In this document: piece by piece, positions 44,618 through 55,145 of the stretch
Position numbering within the stretch: position 1 is the stretch's first letter
How the letters are laid out: each line of letters starts with the position of its first letter
Assembly (NCBI GenBank): GCA_963802255.1
Contig: CAWDHY010000001.1
Coordinates: 171,842 to 235,841 of the forward strand
DNA from: Candidatus Magasanikiibacteriota bacterium
GTDB lineage: Bacteria; Patescibacteriota; Patescibacteriia; Magasanikbacterales; GWA2-37-8
Direction of reading: 5' to 3'
DNA length: 64,000 bases
Program-made: the position numbers and the translations under genes
Notes under the pieces: generated by a model
Seen by the model: only the letters and a program-made list of their open reading frames with translations
Databases searched by the model: none
Told to the model about the DNA's origin: nothing

Positions 44618-45740
44618 AAGATGGCGGGTTGATGCCGACTTGTTTTTAAATTCTTCAAATTTGCAGTCGATAAATTTTTGAATTTTCTCTTTAAAGTTTA
44701 TTGCGTCAAATTGTTTGGCATGGCTCACAGATTAAACTGCTGTCCCAATTTTCAAAATTAAATTTAGACACTGCGTCAAACAGCGATTCCCAGCTTTGGT
44801 CTTTGAAAAAAATGCCGGTTTGATTTTCTAGAATTGTTTCAGTGGCACCGCCCTCCTGATAGGCAATGACCGGCCTGCCGCTCGCCATCGCTTCGACGGC
44901 CGTGATGCCGAAATCTTCCGTTTGCGGATTGATGAAAGCGCGCGCACGGCTCAAAATTTCGGTTTTTTCCTGTTCGCTTATTGCTCCTAAAAATTCAATA
45001 TTCGGCCGGGCATGCTTTTTTAAATCGTTCGAGTTCCGGGCCGGTACCGAAAATTTTTAATGGCTGATTCGTAGATCGGTTGAATGCGGCAACCAAAATA
45101 TCAAATCTTTTGTATGGCACGAGCCTGCCGCCAGAGACAAAATAATCACCGATATCTTTCGATAATTTTGTATTTGTTTGTTTCAATCGGGGGATGGATT
45201 ATTTCGGATTCGCGCCTGTAATATTTGCGGATTCTTTGTTCAACCGTACGTGAATTGGCGATAAAATGGTCTACGCGGTCTGCGCTCATTTTGTCCCACA
45301 AGACGCAATCCATGCAGAATATTTGGCAGAAATGCTTTGATAAGCGGAGAATGATTTAATTCAGATATATATTCCGTTGAATCCGCCCAAAGATATCGCG
45401 GCGGTGTATGGCAATAGGAAACATGTAGCGTTCCGGGCGGAGTTATTACACCTTTGGCAAAAGCGCTGGTGGAAGATAATACTACATCAAAATCACGCAG
45501 ATCATGATGTTCGGTCGCAGATGGCATCCAGGGCAGATACCATTGAAAAGCGGACCGGACAAATGGCATTTTAGAAAGAAATGATTCTTTAATTTTCTCC
45601 CGGTCGAAATATGTAATTTTTTTCTTATCATGAAACAAAACAAAAATTGGCGCCTCTGGCCAAATTTCGTGGAGGGATTTCAAAACTCGCTCCGCCCCTC
45701 CGTCTTGCGAGAGATAATCGTGTACTAGGGCGATTTTCAT
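44614..45740 (-). pseudogene. Glycosyltransferase family 4, multiply frameshifted
   Basis: MKIALVHDYL..GGAERV, YCHTPPRY, RLVPYKR and EDFGITAVEAMASG in different frames; 3-prime end approximate. Confidence 0.8.
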
Positions 45741-45743
45741 ATT

Positions 45744-47163
45744 TTACCAGGCTCCCTTTCGCCGAAAAACAACAAAAGGAGTTTTAATCAAAATGATGAG
45801 ATCGATTAACAAATTCCAATTTTCAATATAGAAAGCGTCTAATTTTACTTCGTCTTCAAAATTCAAGTCGCTTCGGCCGGATATTTGAGCCATGCCGGTA
45901 ATGCCGGGCTTAATCGCTAGAACAATTTTATGATGTTTTTCGTATTTCTCAACTTCCCGAGGCTGGTGCGGTCGCGGTCCAACCAAACTCATCTGTCCGA
46001 TAAATACATTCCAAAATTGTGGCAATTCATCAATGCTCCATTTACGGATAAAACGGCCGAATTTTGAGACGCGCGGATCGTTGGCAATTTTATAAACAGG
46101 CCCTTCTTTTATGCTATTTTTTTCAATTAATTCTTCTTCTTGTTTTAGTGCTTCTTCTCCGGATTCGCCAAATTGCCGGCCGGTACAATCATTTTGAAAC
46201 ATTGAACGGAATTTTAAAGTAAAAAAATGCTTTCCAAATGCGCCGACACGCTCATTCTTATAAAGACATAGGTCGTCCGGTTTCAAGCAGAATTATTATT
46301 GAGACGATAAGGTAAATTGGAGAAAAAATAATCAATAAAATTAAACTGCCGACGATATCAAACAAGCGTTTGAAAACTCGGCCCCAGCCCGCCAGACGAG
46401 TCCGGCGAAGCTCAACAATCGGCACGCCGGCGATCGTTGTTATTGTCATATTTGATGAAATGGTCGCAAACAGGTCAGCTGAATATTTGAATGCAATATT
46501 GTGATCATTCGCGAAATCGATTGCTTTAAAAGCTTCGTCTTCATTTGCTTTCGGATCGGTAAAAATTATTTCATCGGGCTTGAGCGCCACAATTTGCGAA
46601 ATAGCTCCTGTATCAAAATGGGCGAAGTTTCCCACCAATTTGAAACCGGCATTTGTGTTTTTTTCCAAGGATTTTTTAATTGCGTCAGCCACCGCTTGCG
46701 TGCCGATTATTACTGTGCGTCGCAAGCCAATGCCGATACGATAAAGCAAAAGTTTTACAGCCAAAATTATCAGTCGACCGAGAAAAACATATACAATCGC
46801 CAAAAGCCAGCCGACTAAAACTAAAAATCGCGAATCAAATTTTTGTAAAGTAAAAAAAACATAAATGGTAATTCCGGCAAATCCGGTAGAGCAGGCAAAA
46901 ATGATGCGGGGCAGGTCACGGGCCATTTTTCGCGCCTGAGAAGTGCTGTATAAGCCGGCTAAAGCAAAAATAACAACCCAGACGGCGGCAACAAGAAAGA
47001 CAACCGGCCAATATTTATTCCAAGGTATGTTAAAAAGAATTGGCCGTATATCGCGCATGTATTCGGTGAAGCGCAGTGTGTAAGCCGTAAAGCCGGCGAG
47101 CGCTATGGCGCAAAAATCAAGCGGTACTTGCAGGACGGCAAAGGTTAATTCAAATTTTTTCAT
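45744..47163 (-). pseudogene. Polyprenyl-phosphate sugar phosphotransferase (WcaJ/WbaP family), one frameshift near 46260-46280
   Basis: The N-terminal TM part ends KRLFDI..ETGRP; the second frame carries KFRSM, DPRV, SIDELPQ, SLVGPRP and PGITGMAQ. Confidence 0.85.
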
Positions 47164-47253
47164 GGTAAATAATTTTGTACTTTAATGCCCTGTATTTTAC
47201 GCCATTTACCAACCTGAGTCAATTTGTCAAACACTGATATTTTCGTTGCAGGG

Positions 47254-47282
47254 TTGACAAAACAGCTAAAATGTGCTATATT
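47254..47282 (+). promoter_or_regulatory. Sigma70 promoter of rnpB
   Basis: TTGACA-17-TATATT with extended TG, 6 nt before the RNA 5-prime end. Confidence 0.8.
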
Positions 47283-47288
47283 AATATG

Positions 47289-47664
47289 GTTCATTACAAG
47301 CAATCGCTGTGTATTTATACATGGAGGAAAGTCCGAACACGCCTCAGCCATAGGGGCTGAGAGCAGGGTAGCGGGTAACGCCCGTCGGGAGTGATCCCAG
47401 AGGTGCGAGCAGAGACGTCTTTGGTTGAAAAGCCAAAGAGAGCAAACCCCCAAATTTGTGTTAATCATAAATGAGCTTAGTCCTCGATCAAGGGGATAAA
47501 AGATCAGGGGTGAAACGGCAAAATCCTTACCTGCGTGCAAGAGCAGAGTCAGCCCTGGGCTGATAAAAAGTTCGCTCGCTTGAGCTGTTTGGCAACAAAC
47601 AGCCTAGAGAAATGATTGCTGTCCCGCTTAGCGGGATTACAAAATTCGGCTTATTATAATGAAC
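47289..47664 (+). ncRNA. rnpB: RNase P RNA
   Basis: GAGGAAAGTCCG, GGGTAAC, GTGAAACGG, TGCAAG and ACAAAATTCGGCTTA conserved blocks; P1 pairing GTTCATTA/TAATGAAC. Confidence 0.95.
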
Positions 47665-47668
47665 AAAC

Positions 47669-47694
47669 CAAAAACTCCCGAAAGGGAGTTTTTG
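47669..47694 (+). terminator. Terminator of rnpB
   Basis: CAAAAACTCCC-GAAA-GGGAGTTTTTG. Confidence 0.85.
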
Positions 47695-47770
47695 TGTTTT
47701 GGAGACAAGATATTTGTCAGATTGTCATTGGGGGGGGTATAATATGGATGTTAATTATTGTCATAATAGT

Positions 47771-48283
47771 ATGTCAGAAAAAAATAATTATTTTCCAAAG
47801 AAGGCTTACGAGGAAACGGAAAATAAATTTGCGACGGAAACAGCGGCAAAAGATGCTAGCTTCGTACCAAAAGAAAAATATGCACAAGCGGAAAAAGAGT
47901 TTGCAAAGGACGAACAACCCGAACTTCGCGCAGACATATTAGAGCGGAAACAGCAAGCGCGAAAAGAGCGTGCAGAGGATAAAAAATCCGAACTCTTTGA
48001 TGATATATTAGATTGGAAAAAACGAGTCGAGGATTATTTAGATTCAATCACTGTCGAATCTGTTAAGAAAGATCCGCATAGTGTCGTGGATCTTTTTAGT
48101 GGCCATCATACTCTAACTTGGCAGGATGGTCAAAAATTATTAGATAGGGCAAAGAGAGGAAAAGATGAAGACGCACTGAACGAGATACGTGCCGTATTCG
48201 GTAAATGGAATGAGAAAGGCCGTGAGGTTTACAATGATAAAAAATATACCCGATATCTGGAAGATGTGAGCTGGCCAAGATAG
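47771..48283 (+). CDS. Charged hypothetical protein
   Basis: ATG at 47771 after a TATAAT box near 47738; followed by a terminator. Confidence 0.7.
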   Translation: MSEKNNYFPKKAYEETENKFATETAAKDASFVPKEKYAQAEKEFAKDEQPELRADILERKQQARKERAEDKKSELFDDILDWKKRVEDYLDSITVESVKKDPHSVVDLFSGHHTLTWQDGQKLLDRAKRGKDEDALNEIRAVFGKWNEKGREVYNDKKYTRYLEDVSWPR

Positions 48284-48315
48284 AAAATTAATGAAAGCGG
48301 GATTGATGTTATGTC

Positions 48316-48348
48316 AAAAACCACCAGCCCAAGGCTGGTGGTTTTTTT
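48316..48348. terminator. Bidirectional intrinsic terminator
   Basis: AAAAACCACCAGCC-CAA-GGCTGGTGGTTTTT. Confidence 0.85.
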
Positions 48349-48355
48349 GTTTTCT

Positions 48356-48380
48356 GGATTCTCGCCTGCGCGGGAAAGAC
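48356..48380. repeat. REP-like palindromic element, second copy
   Basis: GGATTCTCGCCTGCGCGGGAAAGAC resembles 6903-6927. Confidence 0.55.
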
Positions 48381-48385
48381 AATTT

Positions 48386-50179
48386 TTATACTTCAATTAC
48401 TACTGGGAGGACCATAGGTCGTTTTTCAGTTTTTGTAAACAGAAATTGTCCGACATAATCCCGGATTTTATTTTTGATATTATTAGTATCAGCCCAGGAA
48501 AGCGGGTCGGAATCATGAATCAGTTTTCTTACCCGATGCCGTAAGTCCTCAATTAATTCCTTATTTTCCTTTAAGAAAACAAATCCGCGCGAAATGATGT
48601 CCGGATTTTGAATCAATTGCCCGGTTTTAGAATCAACCGTGGCAATGACCACAATCATCCCGTCTTCAGCCAGTACTTGGCGGTCGCGAAGCACCACATT
48701 TGTTTCATCGGAAACGCCCAAGCCGTCCACAAACACATAGTCGGCCGGCACTTTTTCTTTGGTTAATTTTCCTGTACCGCGGAAAAATTCCATCACCTGT
48801 CCGTTGTCAGCGATAAAAATATTTTCTTTGGGCGTGCCGATAGATTCTGCCACGCGGGCATTGTAATGCAAGAGAAAATGATTCCCTTCAATTGGCACAA
48901 AATATTTCGGGTTGAGCAGGCGAATCATCAATTTAACATCATCGGCTTTTGCGTGTCCGCCGGCATGCACGTCCATCATTTGATAGTGAATCACTTCAGC
49001 ACCTTTTCTGAAAAGAGTATCTTTCAGGCGTTGAACCGTCCGCTCATTGCCCGGGATTACTGATGAAGAAAATACCACCGTGTCACCAGGTACAAGTTTA
49101 ATCGTACGGTGTTCACCGTTTGCAATGCGCATTAGTGAAGCATTTTTTTCGCCTTGCGCGCCCGTACACATTACCACCACCTTGTTATCCGGGTAATCAC
49201 TGATTTTGTGCAATTCAATCAATGTTTTTGGGTTGAATTTCATATAACCCAGCTCCTTTGCGATGGCGATGTTGCTTTTCATGGAAAATCCGTCTAATGC
49301 AACCACCTTGCCTTGCCGTTCGCAAATTTCAATAATTTGACGAATACGGGAAAGCAGAGAAGCGAAAGTGCCAATAATCAAACGGCCGGGAGCTTTTGTG
49401 ACAATGTCTTCCAAATTGGAACTAATTTCTGATTCAGACATCTGATGTCCGAGCTGTGAAGCATTGGTGGAATCGGAAAGCAGAGCCAGTACACCGGCCG
49501 CGCCGATTTGGGCGATGCGTTGCAGATCAGCGGGTGGTTCACCAACCGGTTGATAATCAAATTTCCAGTCGCCCGAATGGACGATTGTTCCTTCCGGAGT
49601 ATGCACCACGATGCCCATTGAGTCGGGGATGTTATGATTTAAATGGAAAAATTCCAATTCAAATGAGCCAAGACGTAATTTATCGTTTAGCGTGATATTG
49701 TGGATATTAAGCGGTTTGAGATTTTTGTAATCATCCTGACGCTTTTTTATTATCGCCGTAGTCAGAGGCAACCCGTAAATTGGCGGATAGCCTAGTTCAG
49801 GAATCAAGTGCGGGATTCCTCCAATGTGATCATAATGCGCGTGAGTGATAATCACACCGCGTATATTTTTTTCTTTTCCTTTCAGATAGCCGATGTTGGG
49901 AATAATGTAATCAATTCCGGGCATATCTTCCTCGGGAAATTGCAGTCCCATATCAATAATAATAATGTCGCCATTATATTCAATCATGGTGCAATTCCGT
50001 CCGACTTCTTCAAGTCCGCCAAGTACGGCAACGCGAAGTTTAGTTTCCGTACTGCGGAAACGTGAAAATGACTGACGGTGCTGTCCGCTAGAGGCCGTTG
50101 GTTTATCACGGCGCCGTGTTTCATAAGTGCGACGATTACGATTACCGCCGGTTTTTTGCTGAGTTAAACGTGAAATCAT
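48386..50179 (-). CDS. rnj: Ribonuclease J
   Basis: LGGLEEVGRN, THAHYDHIGG, HNIPD, DSTN, HAGGH, RPMVLPVVIEV. Confidence 0.96.
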   Translation of the reverse strand: MISRLTQQKTGGNRNRRTYETRRRDKPTASSGQHRQSFSRFRSTETKLRVAVLGGLEEVGRNCTMIEYNGDIIIIDMGLQFPEEDMPGIDYIIPNIGYLKGKEKNIRGVIITHAHYDHIGGIPHLIPELGYPPIYGLPLTTAIIKKRQDDYKNLKPLNIHNITLNDKLRLGSFELEFFHLNHNIPDSMGIVVHTPEGTIVHSGDWKFDYQPVGEPPADLQRIAQIGAAGVLALLSDSTNASQLGHQMSESEISSNLEDIVTKAPGRLIIGTFASLLSRIRQIIEICERQGKVVALDGFSMKSNIAIAKELGYMKFNPKTLIELHKISDYPDNKVVVMCTGAQGEKNASLMRIANGEHRTIKLVPGDTVVFSSSVIPGNERTVQRLKDTLFRKGAEVIHYQMMDVHAGGHAKADDVKLMIRLLNPKYFVPIEGNHFLLHYNARVAESIGTPKENIFIADNGQVMEFFRGTGKLTKEKVPADYVFVDGLGVSDETNVVLRDRQVLAEDGMIVVIATVDSKTGQLIQNPDIISRGFVFLKENKELIEDLRHRVRKLIHDSDPLSWADTNNIKNKIRDYVGQFLFTKTEKRPMVLPVVIEV

Positions 50180-50332
50180 AAATAGATTCTTGTGCGAATT
50201 ATTTTCGCTGATTTTTTTAATTAATAAAAATAGAAGAAAGATAATCCCGTTTCGACGTGCGGAATTATTTTTATTTTTTTGATGCTTTGTACCGCGCGAT
50301 GATTTACGCGGCGACTACAATGCTTGACATTG

Positions 50333-50414
50333 TGCGGACGGAGAGATTTGAACTCTCATGGATTGCTCCATACGCTTCTGAGACGTACGCGTATACCAGT
50401 TCCGCCACGTCCGC
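50333..50414 (-). tRNA. tRNA-Leu (anticodon CAG)
   Basis: GCGGACGTGGCGGAACTGGTATACGCG-TACGT CTCAGAA GCGTA, long variable arm, GAGAGTTCAAATCTCTC-CGTCCGCA; CCA not encoded. Confidence 0.95.
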
Positions 50415-50423
50415 AAAGTTTTT

Positions 50424-52361
50424 TTATTTCCAACCCCAATGGGTTTTAATATACCATTTGTTTAAGCTGTTAAAACGATCGGCGGGAGAATATGCATTGC
50501 CGATGTCAACACCTTTCACTTCTTTATCAATTAAGTATTCATAACTCGGCGCGTAAAGAAATATCGCCGGCATTGCTTTTGACAAAGTGTCTTGAAATTC
50601 ATGATAAATTTTTTCTCTTGCTGCCGGGTCGGTGGCAAGTCGCGCATCCTCCAATAATTTATCCGCTTGACGATCTGAATACATTGCCAGATTTAAACCC
50701 GGATATTCAGTTTGCGATGAATGCCAGAAAGGATATGGATCAGGATCATCTCCGATAATTTCTCCATATAATAAAATTTCATATTTACGACCCTTTAGAA
50801 CATCGCGGCTTATTTGTCGCCCCTGAACAACCTGAACACCGGTTTGCACGCCGATTGCCCGCCACATTAAGGCCAGCGATTCAGCGGCGTTCTGGTATTC
50901 TGGCGTATCAACTGTTGTGATTGTCAGTGAAAGAACTTCGCCTTTTTTATTTCTGTAAAAAGTTTGGTCCGGTCTCATGCTGGCGCGGACAATTTCCTCC
51001 ATTTCACGTGTAATATCAGCAGTTATTGTGGAAGAATTTGCCATGAAATCTTCGTCATTTTTTACTGCTTCAATGCGTTCTTTTATTGCCGCGTCCCGTT
51101 TAAGCGCAAAATACTCTTCAGGAGTGAGGCGTGGCCATTCTTTATCAAGTAATGCGTTCGCTTCATCAATATTACATTCAATTTTATCTATTTCCGCATC
51201 GTACCCGATAAAACCCGGCAGAATAGGAGCGTCAATTGTTACACCCTGGTCGCCAAGCGCTGATTGCAGAACAATTTTTTTATCAATTGCCTTGGCCAGA
51301 GCCGTCTTCATATCTGCATTTTTCAGGATTGATTGATTATTTTGGTTGAAAAATAAAGCAGTATATTGAGGCAAGCGCAAATTGTAACTTAAAAAGTTTT
51401 TGCCTGCTAATTTTTCGCTCAAATTTCTCGGCAGAAACGCCAGGCCCATAATAACCTTTGCATGCAGGTCGTCCGCCGCTTGCGCAAAATCCTGGTAAAA
51501 TTTAAAAGATATTTTATTGATATATGGTAATTCTCCAAAATAACGGTCATTTCTTTCAAACGTCAAAGTTTCAATGTTTGTTTCATTTTTTACCATCTTT
51601 GAAAATTTCCACGGTCCGGATGACGATTGTGGCTGAAGGTTTTCTTTTGCCAGGCGTAGTGAACTTGGTGGTATTTGACCGAATACATGTTCCGGAATAA
51701 TGCCAATTGACAGACTGCCGGCAAATGGAGCATATGGTTCTTTTAGCGTCAGCTTTATTTCATAATCGTTTATTTTTTCCACAATTACACCGTTGAAAGC
51801 CGGATAAAGCGGACTATTGGTTTCCGGATTTTGAATTGTCTCAAGCGTAAACGCAACGTCATTCGCGGTAATTTTTTCACCGCTTGTCCAAAAAGCGTCT
51901 TCGCGTAATTTAATGTTGTAGGTCTTATTATCATCGCTGATGTTTAAACTCGAAGCAAGTTCCGGTAATAGTTTTTGGTTGGCACCGATTCTAAAAAGGC
52001 GGGCGTAAATAAGCGGCGACAGATCGGCGTCAACGTCATTTGCCGGAGCAAAAATTGGATTAATCAGTTTTGGTTGTCCGATAAGCGCTTCAGTATATTC
52101 TCCACCACTTTTTGGCAATATCTCCCGATGTTTTGGGATTGAAATAATCGCCCAGGCGACAAGAACGGCAAAAATAAAGAAACACAAAAAAACAATTATT
52201 GCTTTTTCCTTTTTTGAAAGAAAACGGCCCAAATAATGCATTTGCGGCCGTGACGGCCAAAAATTACGGCGAAGATTCTTCACCAATTTTTTGTCAAAAT
52301 CACGAACCAATGGTTTTGGCTCCCGATTAAAGAGAGGCTTGAAGATTTTATGCCAATCCAT
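50424..52361 (-). CDS. Peptide ABC transporter substrate-binding protein (family 5), TM-anchored
   Basis: GGEYTE..GQP..INP, ITANDVAFT, GPWKF, DPDPYPFWHSSQ, PAIFLY. Confidence 0.88.
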   Translation of the reverse strand: MDWHKIFKPLFNREPKPLVRDFDKKLVKNLRRNFWPSRPQMHYLGRFLSKKEKAIIVFLCFFIFAVLVAWAIISIPKHREILPKSGGEYTEALIGQPKLINPIFAPANDVDADLSPLIYARLFRIGANQKLLPELASSLNISDDNKTYNIKLREDAFWTSGEKITANDVAFTLETIQNPETNSPLYPAFNGVIVEKINDYEIKLTLKEPYAPFAGSLSIGIIPEHVFGQIPPSSLRLAKENLQPQSSSGPWKFSKMVKNETNIETLTFERNDRYFGELPYINKISFKFYQDFAQAADDLHAKVIMGLAFLPRNLSEKLAGKNFLSYNLRLPQYTALFFNQNNQSILKNADMKTALAKAIDKKIVLQSALGDQGVTIDAPILPGFIGYDAEIDKIECNIDEANALLDKEWPRLTPEEYFALKRDAAIKERIEAVKNDEDFMANSSTITADITREMEEIVRASMRPDQTFYRNKKGEVLSLTITTVDTPEYQNAAESLALMWRAIGVQTGVQVVQGRQISRDVLKGRKYEILLYGEIIGDDPDPYPFWHSSQTEYPGLNLAMYSDRQADKLLEDARLATDPAAREKIYHEFQDTLSKAMPAIFLYAPSYEYLIDKEVKGVDIGNAYSPADRFNSLNKWYIKTHWGWK

Positions 52362-52407
52362 GTTTAGGAAAAATTAGAAGAAGCGTCTCGCGACCCGGGG
52401 CGATTGT

Positions 52408-52626
52408 TTAGAAAAAAAGCCGGGCGAGAGATAGACCGAAGAAAAGACAGGCGATGATGATTGTTATGTAAAATAGTGCTTTATCAACGCCACGTTTTGT
52501 ACTGTAGATATTTGAAGAACCGCCGAAAATACCACCTACTCCGGATCCTTTCTGTTGCAACAGAATCACGATTACTAATGAGGTAGACAGTACAATTTGA
52601 ATAATATTGAATAAGCTGGAATTCAT
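52408..52626 (-). CDS. secG: Preprotein translocase subunit SecG
   Basis: Two TMs flanking ILLQQKGSGVGGIFGG..TKRGVDK. Confidence 0.9.
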   Translation of the reverse strand: MNSSLFNIIQIVLSTSLVIVILLQQKGSGVGGIFGGSSNIYSTKRGVDKALFYITIIIACLFFGLSLARLFF

Positions 52627-52751
52627 AATTCGGTGAAGATAAAATCAAGTATAAACAGTATATCATCAATATCGCTGTTTGTCAATGGCGTTGGCTAGTT
52701 ATGCAATTCGTGCTAAAATTAAGTTATTCAAATTTTGTCAGACAATAGTGT

Positions 52752-53504
52752 ATGAATGAGCCATTGGCAGTAAAAAAGCACTGGTATTCAAGTTGGTGGG
52801 GCATTGCTCTATTGGCATTTCTTTGTGTTTTATTTGCCGCCATCATCGCTATGGTAGTTTTAGCTTTCAACTATTGGCAAGCGCTAAAATCAGGGCAGGG
52901 AGAAATGTTGGCACAAAAATTTGCCCGGCAAAATTCTTTGGTGCAGGCCGAAGATCCGAAAATTTTGGAGGCGAGAAAAATATTGGAGACAACCGACGAC
53001 CCCTATTTAGGCAACCAAAATGCAGATTTAGTAATTGTAGAGTTTATGGATTTTAAATGTCCGGTTTGTTTGGCGCAGGCACCAGAAATCATACGGTTGA
53101 TAGGAAAATATGGTTATAAAATAAAAGTTATTATCCGCGATTTTCCCATGGAATCTGTTCACCCCGGAACGGTGCGATTGGCGGAAATTGCATCCTGTGC
53201 CAATGAGCAGGGCGCGTACTGGAGTTTTTCCGATTATTTTTTTGCCAACCAGGAAACGCTCGGCACGGAAATGCCAATGGCGACCGTTGAATTGTTGTGT
53301 GATGAATTTGGACTAGATAAAACAAAAATTAAAGATTGCCTGGAAGCGGGTAGAGGCCGGACTGAAGTGAACGCCGATTATTCTGATGCGTACAGAAGCG
53401 GAGTTAGCCGTGGCACGCCGACATACTTTGTCAACGGACGGATTTTGGAAGGGGCGGTGTCGTTTGAAAATTGGGAGAAATTATTTAATGATATAAAATT
53501 ATAA
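52752..53504 (+). CDS. DsbA/BdbD-family thiol-disulfide oxidoreductase
   Basis: N-terminal TM, DDP.LG, EFMDFKCPVC, RDFP, GTPTYFVNG. Confidence 0.9.
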   Translation: MNEPLAVKKHWYSSWWGIALLAFLCVLFAAIIAMVVLAFNYWQALKSGQGEMLAQKFARQNSLVQAEDPKILEARKILETTDDPYLGNQNADLVIVEFMDFKCPVCLAQAPEIIRLIGKYGYKIKVIIRDFPMESVHPGTVRLAEIASCANEQGAYWSFSDYFFANQETLGTEMPMATVELLCDEFGLDKTKIKDCLEAGRGRTEVNADYSDAYRSGVSRGTPTYFVNGRILEGAVSFENWEKLFNDIKL

Positions 53505-53517
53505 ATTTTGCGGTTAT

Positions 53518-55012
53518 ATGCAAATTATCAAAAAAATTATTGTATCATTGGTTATTGGTTTTATATTTGCGCCGATGTTTTTTGCGAATGTCTTCGCGGC
53601 CGATGATGTCAAGCCGGAATTTAATCCGACTTTGCTGGGAAGAGAAAGCCTGTAATGAGAAACGAATTGAAATGGGGACCGGTACGGGAGCGCCTTCAGA
53701 GGGCGGGTGGTTGGAAAGAGAAGGTGAGTGCGATAAGATGGGCTGGGGCAAATGCTTACCGATTGGTGTGACAAAAACGGAAATTTCTTTTGGCGGAAAA
53801 AACGAATTTTACAATATCGGCGAGTTTATAAAGAATATTTATAACTATTCTTTAATTGCGATTCAGATTCTGGCGGTGGTGGTGATTATTATTGCCGGCG
53901 CACAATGGGCCTCTTCAGCCGGCAATGCGGAAACAATCGGCAAGGCAAAGAAACGCATTGTCGGAGCGGTGATTGGTATGACGATAGCATTAATGTCATA
54001 TGTTATAATGAACACCATTAATCCGGCAACGGTTAAATTCCGCCTGCCTCAGGTATATATGATACGCGAGCAAGTATTGCCGTCAAAATGGTGCCGTGAG
54101 ATGTCACCGGAAACTCTTTTTGCGTATGCGATTGATGGTCAGCATCAAAGCGATAAGATTGAAGCAACGGGCAAGGAGACAGGCCTCGTAAGTTATGCGA
54201 ATTCTAAGCCGACGTCATTCTGGTGTGGACAGAGATTTTTTATTGGAGGTGGCATGCCAGAGCAATTTTGTTGGGGAGATAGGTGCGCGAAGGGACAAAT
54301 ATGTACCGATATTGATCGGACTGAAGAAAAAAATCCTTACATGTGTCGGAAGGGGTCTCTTGGTGGAACGATATTCGCCGGAGGTGACGTGTCTACTGAT
54401 TCGATAATAGAAGATGAGGATGATGCTTGGGTAATTTTAGCATGTAAAAATGGTAAGGGTATAGAAGTGGCCGATAAACCGCAAACCACGATTAATGAGG
54501 ATAGGGGAGAACTGGGTTACATGTTTGCTATCAGTGATGAAGATATTGATGACGCTATACAAGAGTGTGGCGGTGAGGCACAGACCTATGGTTTTGTAAT
54601 AGCCATGGATTTTAGCGTAAATAATGTATCGTTTCTTTATGAAGCTCATTTGATTGGTGATGGGGGCAAAGATGTCGGCTATATTGAATATTCTGATGGT
54701 TTTTTTGCAGGTATGAAGCAAGATACCTTTATTCCAATCTCTGCCGTGCGAACCGGGAAAAAAATTGATGTTCAGGGGAAAAATATCAAAATGTGCTCGA
54801 CCGCCTCTTATCTCATCAGTGGGACAGTTGATCATTTAGGTGCGGTATGGAAGTTAATACCCGGAACATCTGGTAGTGGGGTAGATGCGCTAAGTGCGAA
54901 CTCGGATAAAAATATAAAATATATTTATAATTGTATTTTTTCCAATTACTTAGAATATTATGAGCCTGCGATACAGGCAAAATTAAAAGCTTTCGTGGAC
55001 TCTTTGAAATAG
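53518..55012 (+). CDS. Cys-rich membrane protein with CPR pilin-like TM hairpin; one apparent frameshift near 53628
   Basis: A signal peptide frame (MQIIKK..VFAADD..FNP) starts at 53518 and continues in the 53540 frame (LCWEE); IIAGAQW..SAGN...KAKKRI..AVIG..INP is the pilin-like hairpin. Confidence 0.65.
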
Positions 55013-55145
55013 GCTGTAGCAAATAATTAATTTGGGAAGCACGTGAGTCCCTCTTGACCATATTAAAAAATAGTGTTAGGATTGGTTGTCAAATAATTCG
55101 TTCAATGCGGGTAAAATCGCAGGAGCGACAATCTTCCTTATCACT

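Noticed and set aside
43490-47163. Alternative genetic code (UGA readthrough) explaining the broken genes
   Set aside because: The fragments lie in different frames, long genes elsewhere are intact under code 11, and TGA serves as a stop at 4553 and 30394.
47160-47540. 126-aa minus-strand ORF
   Set aside because: It is antisense to RNase P RNA and its promoter, so it is spurious.
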